Below, piece by piece: positions 40,260 through 50,589 of a DNA stretch of 64,000 bases (position 1 is the first letter of the stretch; each line of letters opens with the position of its first letter). The DNA comes from Promethearchaeota archaeon (GTDB taxonomy: Archaea > Asgardarchaeota > Lokiarchaeia > Sigyniarchaeales > SOKP01), in NCBI GenBank assembly GCA_048938005.1, contig JBHLMQ010000008.1, positions 17,509 to 81,508 of the forward strand. Direction: 5' to 3'. The notes beneath the pieces are model-generated. The model was not told the origin of the DNA. It saw nothing but the letters and a program-made list of their open reading frames with translations, and did not search any database. Position numbers and translations under genes: made by a program.

Positions 40260-41449
40260 AATTGACATCAGAAGAGCAAGAAATGCTGGATGGCAAGTAT
40301 GGAAAAGCTACCAAGAAGTCTATGGAAATTTTAACTACACTAGGTGATATATTTGATGCTGAAAACATGGTTGAGGTTTATGGAGTCCAGATAGCTGGTG
40401 TTTCCTATGCAAATCTAGGTGAAGCGGGATTAGAATTTTTAAATGAAATGGCAGAAGATGGTAAGGTTAGAGTTTTAACGACTTTGAATCCAGCAGGAAT
40501 GGATCGTGAAAATTGGAAAGCTTTAGGGATAGATGAAGAATTTGCTAAAAATCAGAATCGCGCAATTGATGCTTTTGCTAAAATGGGTATAATTACAACA
40601 TGTTCTTGTACTCCATATTTAATTGGAAATGCTCCACACTTCGGTCAACATCTCGCATGGGCTGAAAGTAGTGCTGTATGTTATGCAAACTCAGTTATTG
40701 GTGCTAGAACAAACCGTGAGGGCGGCCCAAGTGCTTTAGCGTCAGCCATTACAGGAAAAACACCAAAATATGGTTATCATTTGGATGAAAATCGGTATGG
40801 GGAAGTTTTAGTAAAAGTTAACACTCACATTAAAGGTACAGACGAATTTGGGGTATTAGGAAAAATAATTGGAGATAAATTGGTCGAACTGGGAAAGAAA
40901 ATACCGTATATTACAGGAGTTCCTTCTGCTACAGTTGAAGAGCTAAAATCATTTTGTGCGTCTGTTGCGACTTACGGTGGAACAGCATTATTCCATATGG
41001 AAGGAATTACTCCAGAATATAATAAATATCCTACTCCAAGTGAAATAATATTTGAAATTAATCAAGATGATATAGATAAAACACGATTGGAACTTATTGA
41101 TGATGTTATTGAAATAGATTTTGTTAGTATAGGGTGTCCTCATGCTTCAATTCACGAAATCGCTAAGATTGCGAGCTTATTGAAGGGAAAGAAAGTAAAA
41201 AAAGAATTTTGGATTACAACTGCACGACCTACTAAAAGAATTGCTGATGAAGCGGGTTACTCAAAAATAATAGAAGATGCAGGAGCGAAATTTGCGGCAG
41301 ATACTTGCTGTGTCGTTGCTCCAATTAAGGGACGTTTCAAAGGTATGATGGTGGATTCAGCAAAAGCATGTTATTATGGTCGGGCTAAAAATAAATTTAA
41401 AATCACAATTGGTTCAGTTGAGAAATGCGTGGGGGAGGCAACAAAATGA
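40256..41449 (+). CDS. Aconitase X large subunit (probable phosphomevalonate dehydratase)
   Basis: CSCTPY, WAESSA, GARTNREGG, GCPH, DTCCVVAP; 4-nt overlap with the UbiD gene. Confidence 0.92.
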   Translation: MKLTSEEQEMLDGKYGKATKKSMEILTTLGDIFDAENMVEVYGVQIAGVSYANLGEAGLEFLNEMAEDGKVRVLTTLNPAGMDRENWKALGIDEEFAKNQNRAIDAFAKMGIITTCSCTPYLIGNAPHFGQHLAWAESSAVCYANSVIGARTNREGGPSALASAITGKTPKYGYHLDENRYGEVLVKVNTHIKGTDEFGVLGKIIGDKLVELGKKIPYITGVPSATVEELKSFCASVATYGGTALFHMEGITPEYNKYPTPSEIIFEINQDDIDKTRLELIDDVIEIDFVSIGCPHASIHEIAKIASLLKGKKVKKEFWITTARPTKRIADEAGYSKIIEDAGAKFAADTCCVVAPIKGRFKGMMVDSAKACYYGRAKNKFKITIGSVEKCVGEATK

Positions 41450-41838
41450 AGTTGGAAGGAAGAAAAATTTATAAGGGTACTGCTAAGGCGGAAGCAATCG
41501 TTACCAATGACGGTATTTCATTTTATGGTGGTGTTGATCCTGATACAGGGAAAGTAGTTGAAGTTGGACATGAACTTGAAGGTCAGTCGGTAACAGGAAA
41601 AGTTTTAGTATTTCCAACAGGCAAGGGGTCTACAGTAGGATCTTATACCATGTATAGAATGAAAAAGAATAACATGGCTCCTGCTGCAATCGTCAATAAA
41701 CAAATCGATACAATTGTTGCAGTAGGGTGTATTATCAGTGAAATTCCTTGCGTGGATAAAATTGATATTAGCTATATAAAAACTGGACAAGTTGTTATTG
41801 TTAATGGTTTAGAAGGAACTATAGAAATAATAGATTAG
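41446..41838 (+). CDS. Aconitase X small (swivel) subunit
   Basis: ISFYGGVDP, GKGSTVGS; ATGA overlap at 41446. Confidence 0.92.
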   Translation: MKLEGRKIYKGTAKAEAIVTNDGISFYGGVDPDTGKVVEVGHELEGQSVTGKVLVFPTGKGSTVGSYTMYRMKKNNMAPAAIVNKQIDTIVAVGCIISEIPCVDKIDISYIKTGQVVIVNGLEGTIEIID

Positions 41839-41854
41839 TTTCATTTTAGAATTT

Positions 41855-42865
41855 ATGAAATCTTCTGCAATTGCTCATTCAAATATTGCGCTAATAAAAT
41901 ATTGGGGTAATTGGAACAAGGTGTCCCCAGAACTAAATATTCCTTTAAATGATAGCGTAAGCATGACGAAATATGGGTTATCGGAAAATACTCACTTAAA
42001 AGCTCATACTACAATAGAATTTTCAGAAGATTTCAAGGAAAATGAAGCAAAATTAAATAATAATCTATTAAAAGGAAGAGATATGGAAAGGATTCTAAAA
42101 ATCATTAATCCATTAAGAAAATTAAAAAAAATTGATTACAAATTCAAAATGATGAGTTTTAATGACTTTCCTACCCAAGCAGGTTTGGCATCTTCCGCAG
42201 CGGGTTTTGCAGCACTTACTATTGCGGCAGCAAAAGCATTAAATTTAGATTTAACGCAAAGGGAATTATCTACATTCGCAAGATTAGGTTCTGGTTCTGC
42301 AGCACGCTCTATCCACGGAGGATTTGTATATTGGCATCGGGGATTCTCCCATGAAACCTCCTATGCAGAACAAATATGTGGTCCAAATGATTTTGACATG
42401 GATGCAATTATTGCCATAATAGATGAAGGAAGAAAGGATGTAACATCTGATTTAGGTCATGAATCGGCAAAGACAAGCATATTTAATACAGTACGAGTGA
42501 AAAAATCGCATGAACAAGCTGAAGAAATCAAAAAAGCAATTCTAGATGATGATTTTAAGAAAGTTGGAACAATTGCTGAAAAAAATTGTATATTTATGCA
42601 TGCAGTAATGATGACATCTAGACCAGCTTTATTTTATTGGAATCCAACTACTTTAAGAGTAATAAAGAAAGTGCTAAATATTCGAAAATCTGAAAATTTA
42701 GATTGCTTCTTTACCATCGATGCAGGACCGAATGTACACTGTCTATGCAGACCAGAAATTAATAAACATGTTCAAAATATCTTAGAAAATATTGAAGGTG
42801 TCGAAAAAACTATTCTTGTAAAGCCTGCTAATGATTCTTCTACGACAAATAAGCATTTGTTTTAA
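41855..42865 (+). CDS. mvaD: GHMP-family mevalonate (di)phosphate decarboxylase
   Basis: SNIALIKYWG, AGLASSAAG, RLGSGSAARS, TIDAGPNVH. Confidence 0.88.
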   Translation: MKSSAIAHSNIALIKYWGNWNKVSPELNIPLNDSVSMTKYGLSENTHLKAHTTIEFSEDFKENEAKLNNNLLKGRDMERILKIINPLRKLKKIDYKFKMMSFNDFPTQAGLASSAAGFAALTIAAAKALNLDLTQRELSTFARLGSGSAARSIHGGFVYWHRGFSHETSYAEQICGPNDFDMDAIIAIIDEGRKDVTSDLGHESAKTSIFNTVRVKKSHEQAEEIKKAILDDDFKKVGTIAEKNCIFMHAVMMTSRPALFYWNPTTLRVIKKVLNIRKSENLDCFFTIDAGPNVHCLCRPEINKHVQNILENIEGVEKTILVKPANDSSTTNKHLF

Positions 42866-43026
42866 TACTACTTAAAATATTTATTCTAATATTTCATTCA
42901 ACTTATTTTATCCAACTTTTTAAATAAAGTCAAAAATTATTTAATTAAGTAATAGATTAAGTTATTTTTATAAATTTGAATTTTTTCAAATTCTATTATG
43001 TCATACGAGTATAATTGGTGAAGAAT

Positions 43027-43993
43027 TTGGGATCTGGAATAGGATATGGAAAGACCATACTTTTTGGCGAAATTTATTTCCCATTTCAGGAATAAACGCA
43101 ATCATTTTGTTGTATATGGCCTTCCAGCAATTGTATCAGCTTTAGGATCTTTTACAACCGCGGAAGTTAAAATTCTTAAGGGTAATGGTTGGACGGTTGA
43201 TGATCAAAGACCTGCAACACCCGGTTATAAAAAAAAGAAATTTAATGAAGCAAAAAAATCAATTAAAAATATAATTGAGTATTTAAATATAGATATAGAG
43301 AATCAAAAACTTGAAATAAAATTTGCTGGGGACTTAATCGCCGCGAGTGGAGTAGGTGCTTCAGCAGCTCAATGTACATCTCTTTCTCGAGCTTTAAATA
43401 ACACATTTAATCTTAATCTAAACAACGAAAAGATAAACGAAGCTGCCTATGAAGGAGAGAAAGCATACCATGGAACCCCTTCGGGCATCGATAACACAGC
43501 CTCTACTTATGGTGGTATGATTTGGTTTGTAAAAAATTTGAGTGGGGGAAAAAATACTATGGATCTTCTGCAATCTCCAAAAAAGATACCTTTAGTAATA
43601 GCAAATTCAGGAATAACAGCTTCAACAACAGAAGTTGTTGCCGATGTTCGACGTTTAAAGAAAGAAAATCCAGAAAAATTTGACAAAATCTTCAAGAAAT
43701 ATGAAAAATTAGCAGAAGAGGCAAAAAAAGCCTTGATTGAAGGTGATATCACTACTATTGGTAATCTAATGAATCAAAATCATAAATTACTACAAGATAT
43801 TACGGTATCTGGAGAGATTAATGATAAACTAATTGATATATCCTTACAAAATGGAGCTATTGGTGCTAAAATGACAGGAACAGGGCGGGGTGGCTTGGTT
43901 ATAGCGCTAACAGAAAATGAGAAACTACAAGATAAGATTGCCAAAGCAATTGAAAAAGAAGGATATGATGCCTGGAAAACCATGATTGGATGA
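43027..43993 (+). CDS. mvk: Mevalonate kinase, interrupted by a 31-nt insert (join 43027..43071,43103..43993; 311 aa)
   Basis: GGTGA SD and TTG start give MGSGIGYGKTILFGE; after the insert HFVVYG continues; SGVGASAA, HGTPSGID, GAKMTGTGRGG. Confidence 0.9.
43072..43102 (+). other. Candidate bulge-helix-bulge intron / palindromic insert in mvk
   Basis: ATTTATTTCCCATTTCAGGAATAAACGCAAT separates GAA (Glu) from CAT (His), carries an in-frame TAA and shifts the frame. Confidence 0.7.
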
Positions 43994-45899
43994 GTGTGAG
44001 TTAAAATTGAAAAATATTAATGAGATAATTCTGTTAAAATTAGGCGGTAGTATATTAACTGATAAGAATAAACCTTTTTCTCTTAGAGAAGAGATTTTAG
44101 AAAAATGTCTTAATCAAATTATTGAAAGTAAAAAACCAATTATTTTAATCCATGGAGGTGGATCATTCGGGCATCCAATTGCTAAAAAATATCAAATTTC
44201 TCAAGGATTAAATAAATCTGTTAAGGATCAGATAATAGGGCTTTCCAAAACCCATGAAACTATGAATAATTTTAATTCTATAATAATAAAGAAATTATTA
44301 GATAAAGGATATCCAGCAATTTCGATTCAACCTTCTAGTATTTTTATAAAAGATTTTAATCAAATAAATATAAAAACTATAGAACCAATTGAAAAATTGC
44401 TTGAACTTAGAATAATGCCCGTTCTATATGGTGATATTATTTTAAGTTGGGATTCTTATTTTTCAATTCTTTCAGGAGATCAAATTATTTTAAAATTATG
44501 CGAGAAAATTCAAAATTTTAAGATTTCAAAAGTTATTTTTGCTATTGAAAAGGATGGCATATACATTGAAGATAATGGAAAAACTAAACTTGCTTTAAAA
44601 TTAAAAACCAAAGATTTAGCTGAATTAAAATTAGCCAACTTAGATCAAAAAATAGATGTAACTGGAGGTATAAAAGGGAAACTTGAAACTATTAAAGAGA
44701 TTATAAATTTCAATATCCCTGTTCAAATTATTAATGGGCTTAAAAATAAAAATATCCTTAAAGCATTAAATAACCAATATTTAGAATGCACTAATATTGA
44801 AGTATCTCCCGATGAAAAATTTGTTAGAAAACTGTACAATAGGAAGATAGAACACATTAAAATACCTTTAGAGTATAATGTTCAACATAGAAAGAATTAT
44901 TTTGATGATATTAATCTAATTCATTATCCCCTCCCAGAGATTGAATTAGATGACATTAATCTTTCTGTAGATTTCTTTAAAAAGAAAGTATCCGCTCCTA
45001 TATGTATAGCCGCAATTACGGGAGGGCATGAAATTTCCAAAGCAATTAATAATATCTTAGCAAACGCAGCAAAGACAGAAAATATTATTATGAGTGTTGG
45101 TAGTCAGCGAATAGGATTAGAGGATCCCTCTACTATTGATTCTTTTAAAATTGTTCGTGATGTCGCACCCTCTATTCCTGTAATAGGAAATTTAGGAATA
45201 GGACAGATATGCGATCCCGATTTCAATTTAGATGTTTTTAAAAAATGCATTGAAATGATTAATGCGGATGTTATGGCTATACACTTCAATGCTTTACATG
45301 AACTAGTTCAAAGGGAAGGAAACATTTCCTATAAAAATTTTGAAGAAAAATTCAAAGAAATAAGAAAAAATTTGAAGATTCCTATTATAGCAAAAGAGGT
45401 TGGCACAGGCTTTAATAACGAGTTGGCTTTAAAGCTAGATTTACTCGGATTTGATGGATTTGATGTTGGAGGAACAGGAGGTACTAGTTTTGCTGCAATA
45501 GAGTCAATACGTGATGAAGATAGCTATGAAGTTTACACTCGGAAAATAGCAGAGACTTTTAGAGAATGGGGCATTCCAACACCAATTAGTATTATGAATG
45601 TCAGAAAAGTATCTAAAAAATTAATTATAGCAACTGGAGGTTTACGATCTGGTATAGATATTGCCAAATCAATTGTTTTAGGTGCTGATATTGGGGGTTT
45701 TGCATTTAAATTTTTAAAGACAGCATGGAGAGACTATAAAAACAACACACAGTCGAATACACTCAAAGAAATAAAAACTTTGAAGCAAGAATTAAGATCT
45801 TCCATGTGGTTGATGAATATGGATAATCTTAAAAAATTAAAAAGCAATAACGACAAAAGGGTATTAGTGGGCGAATTGTATCAATGGGTCAATCAATAA
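43986..45899 (+). CDS. Fused isopentenyl phosphate kinase + type 2 IPP isomerase (IPK-Fni)
   Basis: LKLGGSILTDK, HGGGSFGH, SGD, DVTGGI (IPK); RKIEHI, ITGG, VGSQR, AKEVG, GGTSFAAIE, ATGGLRSG (IDI-2). Confidence 0.92.
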   Translation: MDECELKLKNINEIILLKLGGSILTDKNKPFSLREEILEKCLNQIIESKKPIILIHGGGSFGHPIAKKYQISQGLNKSVKDQIIGLSKTHETMNNFNSIIIKKLLDKGYPAISIQPSSIFIKDFNQINIKTIEPIEKLLELRIMPVLYGDIILSWDSYFSILSGDQIILKLCEKIQNFKISKVIFAIEKDGIYIEDNGKTKLALKLKTKDLAELKLANLDQKIDVTGGIKGKLETIKEIINFNIPVQIINGLKNKNILKALNNQYLECTNIEVSPDEKFVRKLYNRKIEHIKIPLEYNVQHRKNYFDDINLIHYPLPEIELDDINLSVDFFKKKVSAPICIAAITGGHEISKAINNILANAAKTENIIMSVGSQRIGLEDPSTIDSFKIVRDVAPSIPVIGNLGIGQICDPDFNLDVFKKCIEMINADVMAIHFNALHELVQREGNISYKNFEEKFKEIRKNLKIPIIAKEVGTGFNNELALKLDLLGFDGFDVGGTGGTSFAAIESIRDEDSYEVYTRKIAETFREWGIPTPISIMNVRKVSKKLIIATGGLRSGIDIAKSIVLGADIGGFAFKFLKTAWRDYKNNTQSNTLKEIKTLKQELRSSMWLMNMDNLKKLKSNNDKRVLVGELYQWVNQ

Positions 45900-45944
45900 G
45901 TATCAAAATTGTAACTAACTTTAAGATATCTCTTATTGAGATTC

Positions 45945-46328
45945 TTAAGTTTTTTCTTCAAGAACGTCCTTTATTTCATTTATAAAATCAGAAAAAGTAT
46001 CAATATTTCCTTTGAAATTTTTTATTTCCTCAGAATAGAGTTTCAAGAATTTTTTTGAGATTTTTTGCAATTCTTTGTTTACTTTCTTTTGATTGAATTT
46101 TTTTGAGGAATTAGCCACAAATATAAGCTCATCTCTCTTTATTATTGTGAATCTTATATCTTTTAATTCAAAATTTGATAATCCTCCTTCTGCTAATTGT
46201 TCAGCAAACATATTTAAAGCAGTCATCATTGCTCCGAAAAGCTGAGGAGAAACTGCTTTATCAAACTCTCTATGAAAAATAACTATCCCAGACTGTTCTA
46301 AAATCCAAATATCTTGGAGCATTTTCAT
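45945..46328 (-). CDS. Stand-alone longin-like domain protein
   Basis: LQDIWILEQSGIVIFHREF...LFGAMMTALNMFAEQL...LQKISKKFLKLY. Confidence 0.75.
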   Translation of the reverse strand: MKMLQDIWILEQSGIVIFHREFDKAVSPQLFGAMMTALNMFAEQLAEGGLSNFELKDIRFTIIKRDELIFVANSSKKFNQKKVNKELQKISKKFLKLYSEEIKNFKGNIDTFSDFINEIKDVLEEKT

Positions 46329-46444
46329 TTGAATTCCTCTTTAAATCTCTTTATACCAATTTCTCATAAAAAATAATCTTAAAATGAACTTCGTTTAAAA
46401 TTTATTTTTGTTGGAATAAATATTTTTTTAATTGGATTTTTTCC

Positions 46445-47512
46445 TTAGAATTTCCTTTTTATAACAAAATTTAGTAGATCTTCAAAGAATTCCATTTCTG
46501 TTTCGGTTATTTCATTTTTTAATTTATCTAGAGATAATCTCGCTTCTTTAAAATATGAATTTGCTAATTCTTTGCACGAATTAACAACATTTGATTTAAG
46601 AAACAAATCCTTAACGCTTTGAACATCTCTTTTCGTCATATCTGGCTTTTCTATTAATTCCTCGAGTCTCATCCTCTCCTTATCTTCTAATTTATTAAGG
46701 GCATCAATTAATAAACAACTCTTTTTTCCCTCTCTAATATCTCCATCTGTTGGTTTTCCAGTTATTTTTTCATCGCCAAATGTCCCTAATATATCATCAA
46801 TTATCTGAAAAATAATACCAAGATTTATTCCATAAATTGAAAGTTCCTTCAATATGTTTCCATCAACACTTGCATAATTAGCTCCAATTAGAATCGATTT
46901 CTCAAGCAAAGCTCCAGTTTTTAGTGAAACCATCTTAATATAATCCGAAATTGTAAGATTTTTTTGGTTAACCATGTCGGTTTCAATTAAAACACCATTG
47001 ACAATATCTACAAATGCTTGTTCATAATATTTTATTGCGTTTAAATTTAAATCTCTATTAAAATCGTTTGAAAAATACGCTTCTAATCCTATAATAAATG
47101 CTGAATCGCCTCCAATTATTCCTACAGAATTACCAAAATCAACATCAATCATCTTTTTCAAATTATATTGTTTATGATAATTACGGAATCTGAAATGAAA
47201 AGTAGGTTTCCCTCTTCTAAAATTATCTTTATCAATAATATCATCATGAATTAAAGAAGCATTATGAAGAAATTCTACTCCAACACTAGGTAAAACGATT
47301 CTTTTTTCTTGAGTTTCCCTAAAAGCATTAAAAGTAGCTATGCACAATAATGGTCTGATTCTCTTTCCACCTGATAGAAAATAATCCTTGAGTTCTGAAT
47401 AGTAATCTATAAGAAAAGGATTTTCTACACTATTCAGTTTCTTATCATAAATTAACTTTATTGCCTTATTAATTTCAGGAACATATTTTTTTGCATATTC
47501 AGTAAATTTCAT
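46445..47512 (-). CDS. idsA: Polyprenyl (geranylgeranyl) diphosphate synthase
   Basis: GGKRIRP, LIHDDIID...RRG, KTGAL, FQIIDDILG, DIREGK. Confidence 0.9.
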   Translation of the reverse strand: MKFTEYAKKYVPEINKAIKLIYDKKLNSVENPFLIDYYSELKDYFLSGGKRIRPLLCIATFNAFRETQEKRIVLPSVGVEFLHNASLIHDDIIDKDNFRRGKPTFHFRFRNYHKQYNLKKMIDVDFGNSVGIIGGDSAFIIGLEAYFSNDFNRDLNLNAIKYYEQAFVDIVNGVLIETDMVNQKNLTISDYIKMVSLKTGALLEKSILIGANYASVDGNILKELSIYGINLGIIFQIIDDILGTFGDEKITGKPTDGDIREGKKSCLLIDALNKLEDKERMRLEELIEKPDMTKRDVQSVKDLFLKSNVVNSCKELANSYFKEARLSLDKLKNEITETEMEFFEDLLNFVIKRKF

Positions 47513-47665
47513 TAAAATATACTTTTCTACTTATTGGATAATAGTATTTTAATTGAATTATGCTGCAATAATTTTAGTCAAATAAAAATGCTTCCCAATT
47601 TTCAATATTATTAAATAATGGAGAAATTCATAAATAATATTTAAAATCCAAAATTTTATCTTTAT

Positions 47666-50476
47666 TCACATGATTAAATCAAATTCAATCTTGATTGTTG
47701 CTATTACATGTGGTTCCAATAATATTTCAATTTTATTTTTATTAAAGTTATGAATTTCTGCTTTAATTAGATTTTTCGGTGTTTCTTCTAATAAATTCAC
47801 AATCACAGCATTCTTTATTAATAATCCTTTATAAAAACTCAATCTCGCTTTTTGTGAAGAAGGAGCAATATTATAAATCCGAACAATTAAACAATTTTCT
47901 TTTTCCGATTTTTTCAAAGCGCTTAGAATAATATTCTTATTATTCCACTCAAGAAAACTTATTTCAGTTGGTAAGTAAGAGTTCATTTTTTTTTCTGGTA
48001 ATTTAATTGAGTCAGATAATACTCCCAGTCTCGATAATATTAATAAATCTGTCCTTTTTAGAGGGGATTTTAACATTAGCGGAAATAAATGTTTTAAAGG
48101 GCAATTGAATTCTTTTCCTTTAATGTGGACTTCTGAATCCAGCCAATTTGTTTCATATTGTTCGATAACTAAAGATAATTCAAATGTATGATTTCCAATG
48201 CATTGAGCTCCAGGAGTTTTAATACTTAGTCCGGCGTCAAATCTTCTAGAATCTAAATTAGGTCTTGAAAACCACTCAATACTGCGTAGAAGAGTTATTC
48301 CTATTGAAATTGTGCCATCTTCATTTTTGATTGCTTCATATTCTGGTAATCCTCGATTTAATATTGCTAAACATTTTGAATTATCATATAATGCTATAAA
48401 ATCCTTTTGATGATTTGTTCTTGAAGGTTTTTGGGCCCAATGTCTAGCTTTAGGTAAGTTAATATCTCTAGGGACAACAAAAAACTGTCCATCACAGAAT
48501 ATCTTGTCTGTTTTAATGTTTGAGGGAAAAAGCACTCTAATCCTGTGATCTTTGCTTTGATTTTCCAACTCTATTTTAAAATCTATGCGATTGATGTTTT
48601 TATAAAGTGAAATGTATAAATTGATATTGTTTTCAATAAGATGAGTTTTTCGCTGAAGACGATCTTCAGATAATGATAGTGGTAATTTCATTATCATTTT
48701 GATCTTAATTGTTTTTTGAGAAGAACCATTTAGAAAAGGCTCTATTTCTACAATTTCAGCATCCTTGGTTGTAAATTTTTTGTCAATTTGTTTACGTACG
48801 GGTCCTGAAAAATCATACTGATCCCCCCAATCACCAATATCCTCAAATTGACATACATTTTTTAACCATAAAGCTCTAATTTTATCATAGATATTGATTT
48901 GGCCATTTTTTTTTACATTAACCTTATAAAATTCATTTTCAACTGAATAATCACTAATCTTAAAGTCTACTTCCTTAATTATACTACTTCTTGCTTCTTC
49001 TTCCAGTATTATATAATATGTCTTATAACCGCATGCTGGGACATCAGCTAAAAATGAAAAACAATAAGTTATGTCTGTTTCTCCACAAAATCTAGGATCT
49101 CCTGGTATAGAATAACCTTGATAGTCAATTTCTTTCTCATCTGAATCTACTAATTTAAATTTTTTTGGAAATTTATCACGTATTTTGTATACTTTTGAAA
49201 TTCCATTGAATATTACAATATCTCTACGTTTCCAGGGTAATGGATTAAAAACTATTAAAGCAATTTTATTACTTACTTGAGGTAGAATATTAATTAAGTT
49301 CGAAAGATACAAAAATGAGAGATTGAAAACCTCATTTCCTATTTGATCTGCCCAATCAAACCTAGTTACCATCTCTTCATGGACTTGGTCAATAGAACAC
49401 CCACAAATTGAATCATGAGGATGATTTTTGATGAACCATTTCATTCCAGTAAGAAGGTAAGAACTAGGATATTCAAATTTATGATATTTATCAAGAATCC
49501 ATGTAATCGCTGAAATCGGTTCAGCATATTTTTCAAATAAATATTCTATTTCTGTATTTCTTTGTTTTATCCACATTCTAGCAGATAAAACTCCAGATAG
49601 AATAGGGGAATATTTACTACCTCTAAGCTCGCCTCGATAAGATATTAAATTAAGTTTTTTTGACATAACTTTATCGATATAATATTCAAAGTCGTTTTGC
49701 TCTAATAATACATCAGGATATAACTCATTCCACTGTCGAACTATCTCAGGAATTTCTGCGCATGCCTCTCGATGATCTGAACCATTGTTAAGCAATACAA
49801 TAGGTGATGCAATATATTGTTCGATATCAGTAGTTACCCTCTTTATCTTCTCCAACGCTATTTTATACTTACCATCTTCTAAAGAAGTATCTAGATCTAC
49901 TAATGAACCATATCCTCTAATTAAATGAATAGCCAAAATTGATGCTGATTTTCCTGGAGATTCCCAAATGAATTCCATATTTAGTGCATTCTCTTCAAAC
50001 TCATTACCAAAACCTCTCTCAAAAATAATAGAGGAGAGATTAAACCCGCTTACAATTTGTGGTAATTGAGCTATATGACCAAAAGGATCTGGAATGTAAG
50101 CTATTTTCATAACCCTTCCAAACTTCTTAGCAAATTCATATCCAATTAAAATATTTCTTATTAGCGATTCACCACTGATTAAAAACTCATCAGGTAAAAC
50201 GTACATAGGACCAATAGAAAGCCTTGCTTCTTTTACATATTTTTTAATTTCTTCTTTTCTTTCAGGACGCACTTCTAAATAATCCTCTATAGGAATCGTT
50301 TGTCCGTCTAATGTGAAATTTCTATAATTAGGGTCATCTCGTAGAATAGTCAATAATTTATCCATCATAATTACAAGTCTAGCGCGAAATTCTTGAAAAG
50401 TTAGGTACCATTCTCTATCCCAATGCGTATGCGGGACGATTATAATATTATTTGCTTTCATACTTATTATACTCAA
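47666..50476 (-). CDS. Glycoside hydrolase family 38 alpha-mannosidase
   Basis: HTHWDREWY, LDGQT, PDPFGH, HPHDSICGCS, FNPLPWKR, ITLLRS. Confidence 0.93.
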   Translation of the reverse strand: MSIISMKANNIIIVPHTHWDREWYLTFQEFRARLVIMMDKLLTILRDDPNYRNFTLDGQTIPIEDYLEVRPERKEEIKKYVKEARLSIGPMYVLPDEFLISGESLIRNILIGYEFAKKFGRVMKIAYIPDPFGHIAQLPQIVSGFNLSSIIFERGFGNEFEENALNMEFIWESPGKSASILAIHLIRGYGSLVDLDTSLEDGKYKIALEKIKRVTTDIEQYIASPIVLLNNGSDHREACAEIPEIVRQWNELYPDVLLEQNDFEYYIDKVMSKKLNLISYRGELRGSKYSPILSGVLSARMWIKQRNTEIEYLFEKYAEPISAITWILDKYHKFEYPSSYLLTGMKWFIKNHPHDSICGCSIDQVHEEMVTRFDWADQIGNEVFNLSFLYLSNLINILPQVSNKIALIVFNPLPWKRRDIVIFNGISKVYKIRDKFPKKFKLVDSDEKEIDYQGYSIPGDPRFCGETDITYCFSFLADVPACGYKTYYIILEEEARSSIIKEVDFKISDYSVENEFYKVNVKKNGQINIYDKIRALWLKNVCQFEDIGDWGDQYDFSGPVRKQIDKKFTTKDAEIVEIEPFLNGSSQKTIKIKMIMKLPLSLSEDRLQRKTHLIENNINLYISLYKNINRIDFKIELENQSKDHRIRVLFPSNIKTDKIFCDGQFFVVPRDINLPKARHWAQKPSRTNHQKDFIALYDNSKCLAILNRGLPEYEAIKNEDGTISIGITLLRSIEWFSRPNLDSRRFDAGLSIKTPGAQCIGNHTFELSLVIEQYETNWLDSEVHIKGKEFNCPLKHLFPLMLKSPLKRTDLLILSRLGVLSDSIKLPEKKMNSYLPTEISFLEWNNKNIILSALKKSEKENCLIVRIYNIAPSSQKARLSFYKGLLIKNAVIVNLLEETPKNLIKAEIHNFNKNKIEILLEPHVIATIKIEFDLIM

Positions 50477-50589
50477 AAATTTCTTAGTCTTTTTTCTTAC
50501 TAATTGTTAAACATTTAATTAAATATTATTTTTTTAATAATTTTGAAAATCAATTTCAAAATAGTATTTTTATATAAATATCTATTAGT

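Noticed and set aside
43046-43102. ORF-track start of mevalonate kinase (MERPYFLAKFISHFRNKRN...)
   Set aside because: It reads the true first exon out of frame and through the insert, losing the conserved GKxILFGE motif. The TTG at 43027 has an SD and the right motif.
47034-47043. ATTGCGTTTA matching the mvk insert end
   Set aside because: A 10-nt match inside intact GGPP synthase coding sequence without the GGCGAA part; likely chance.
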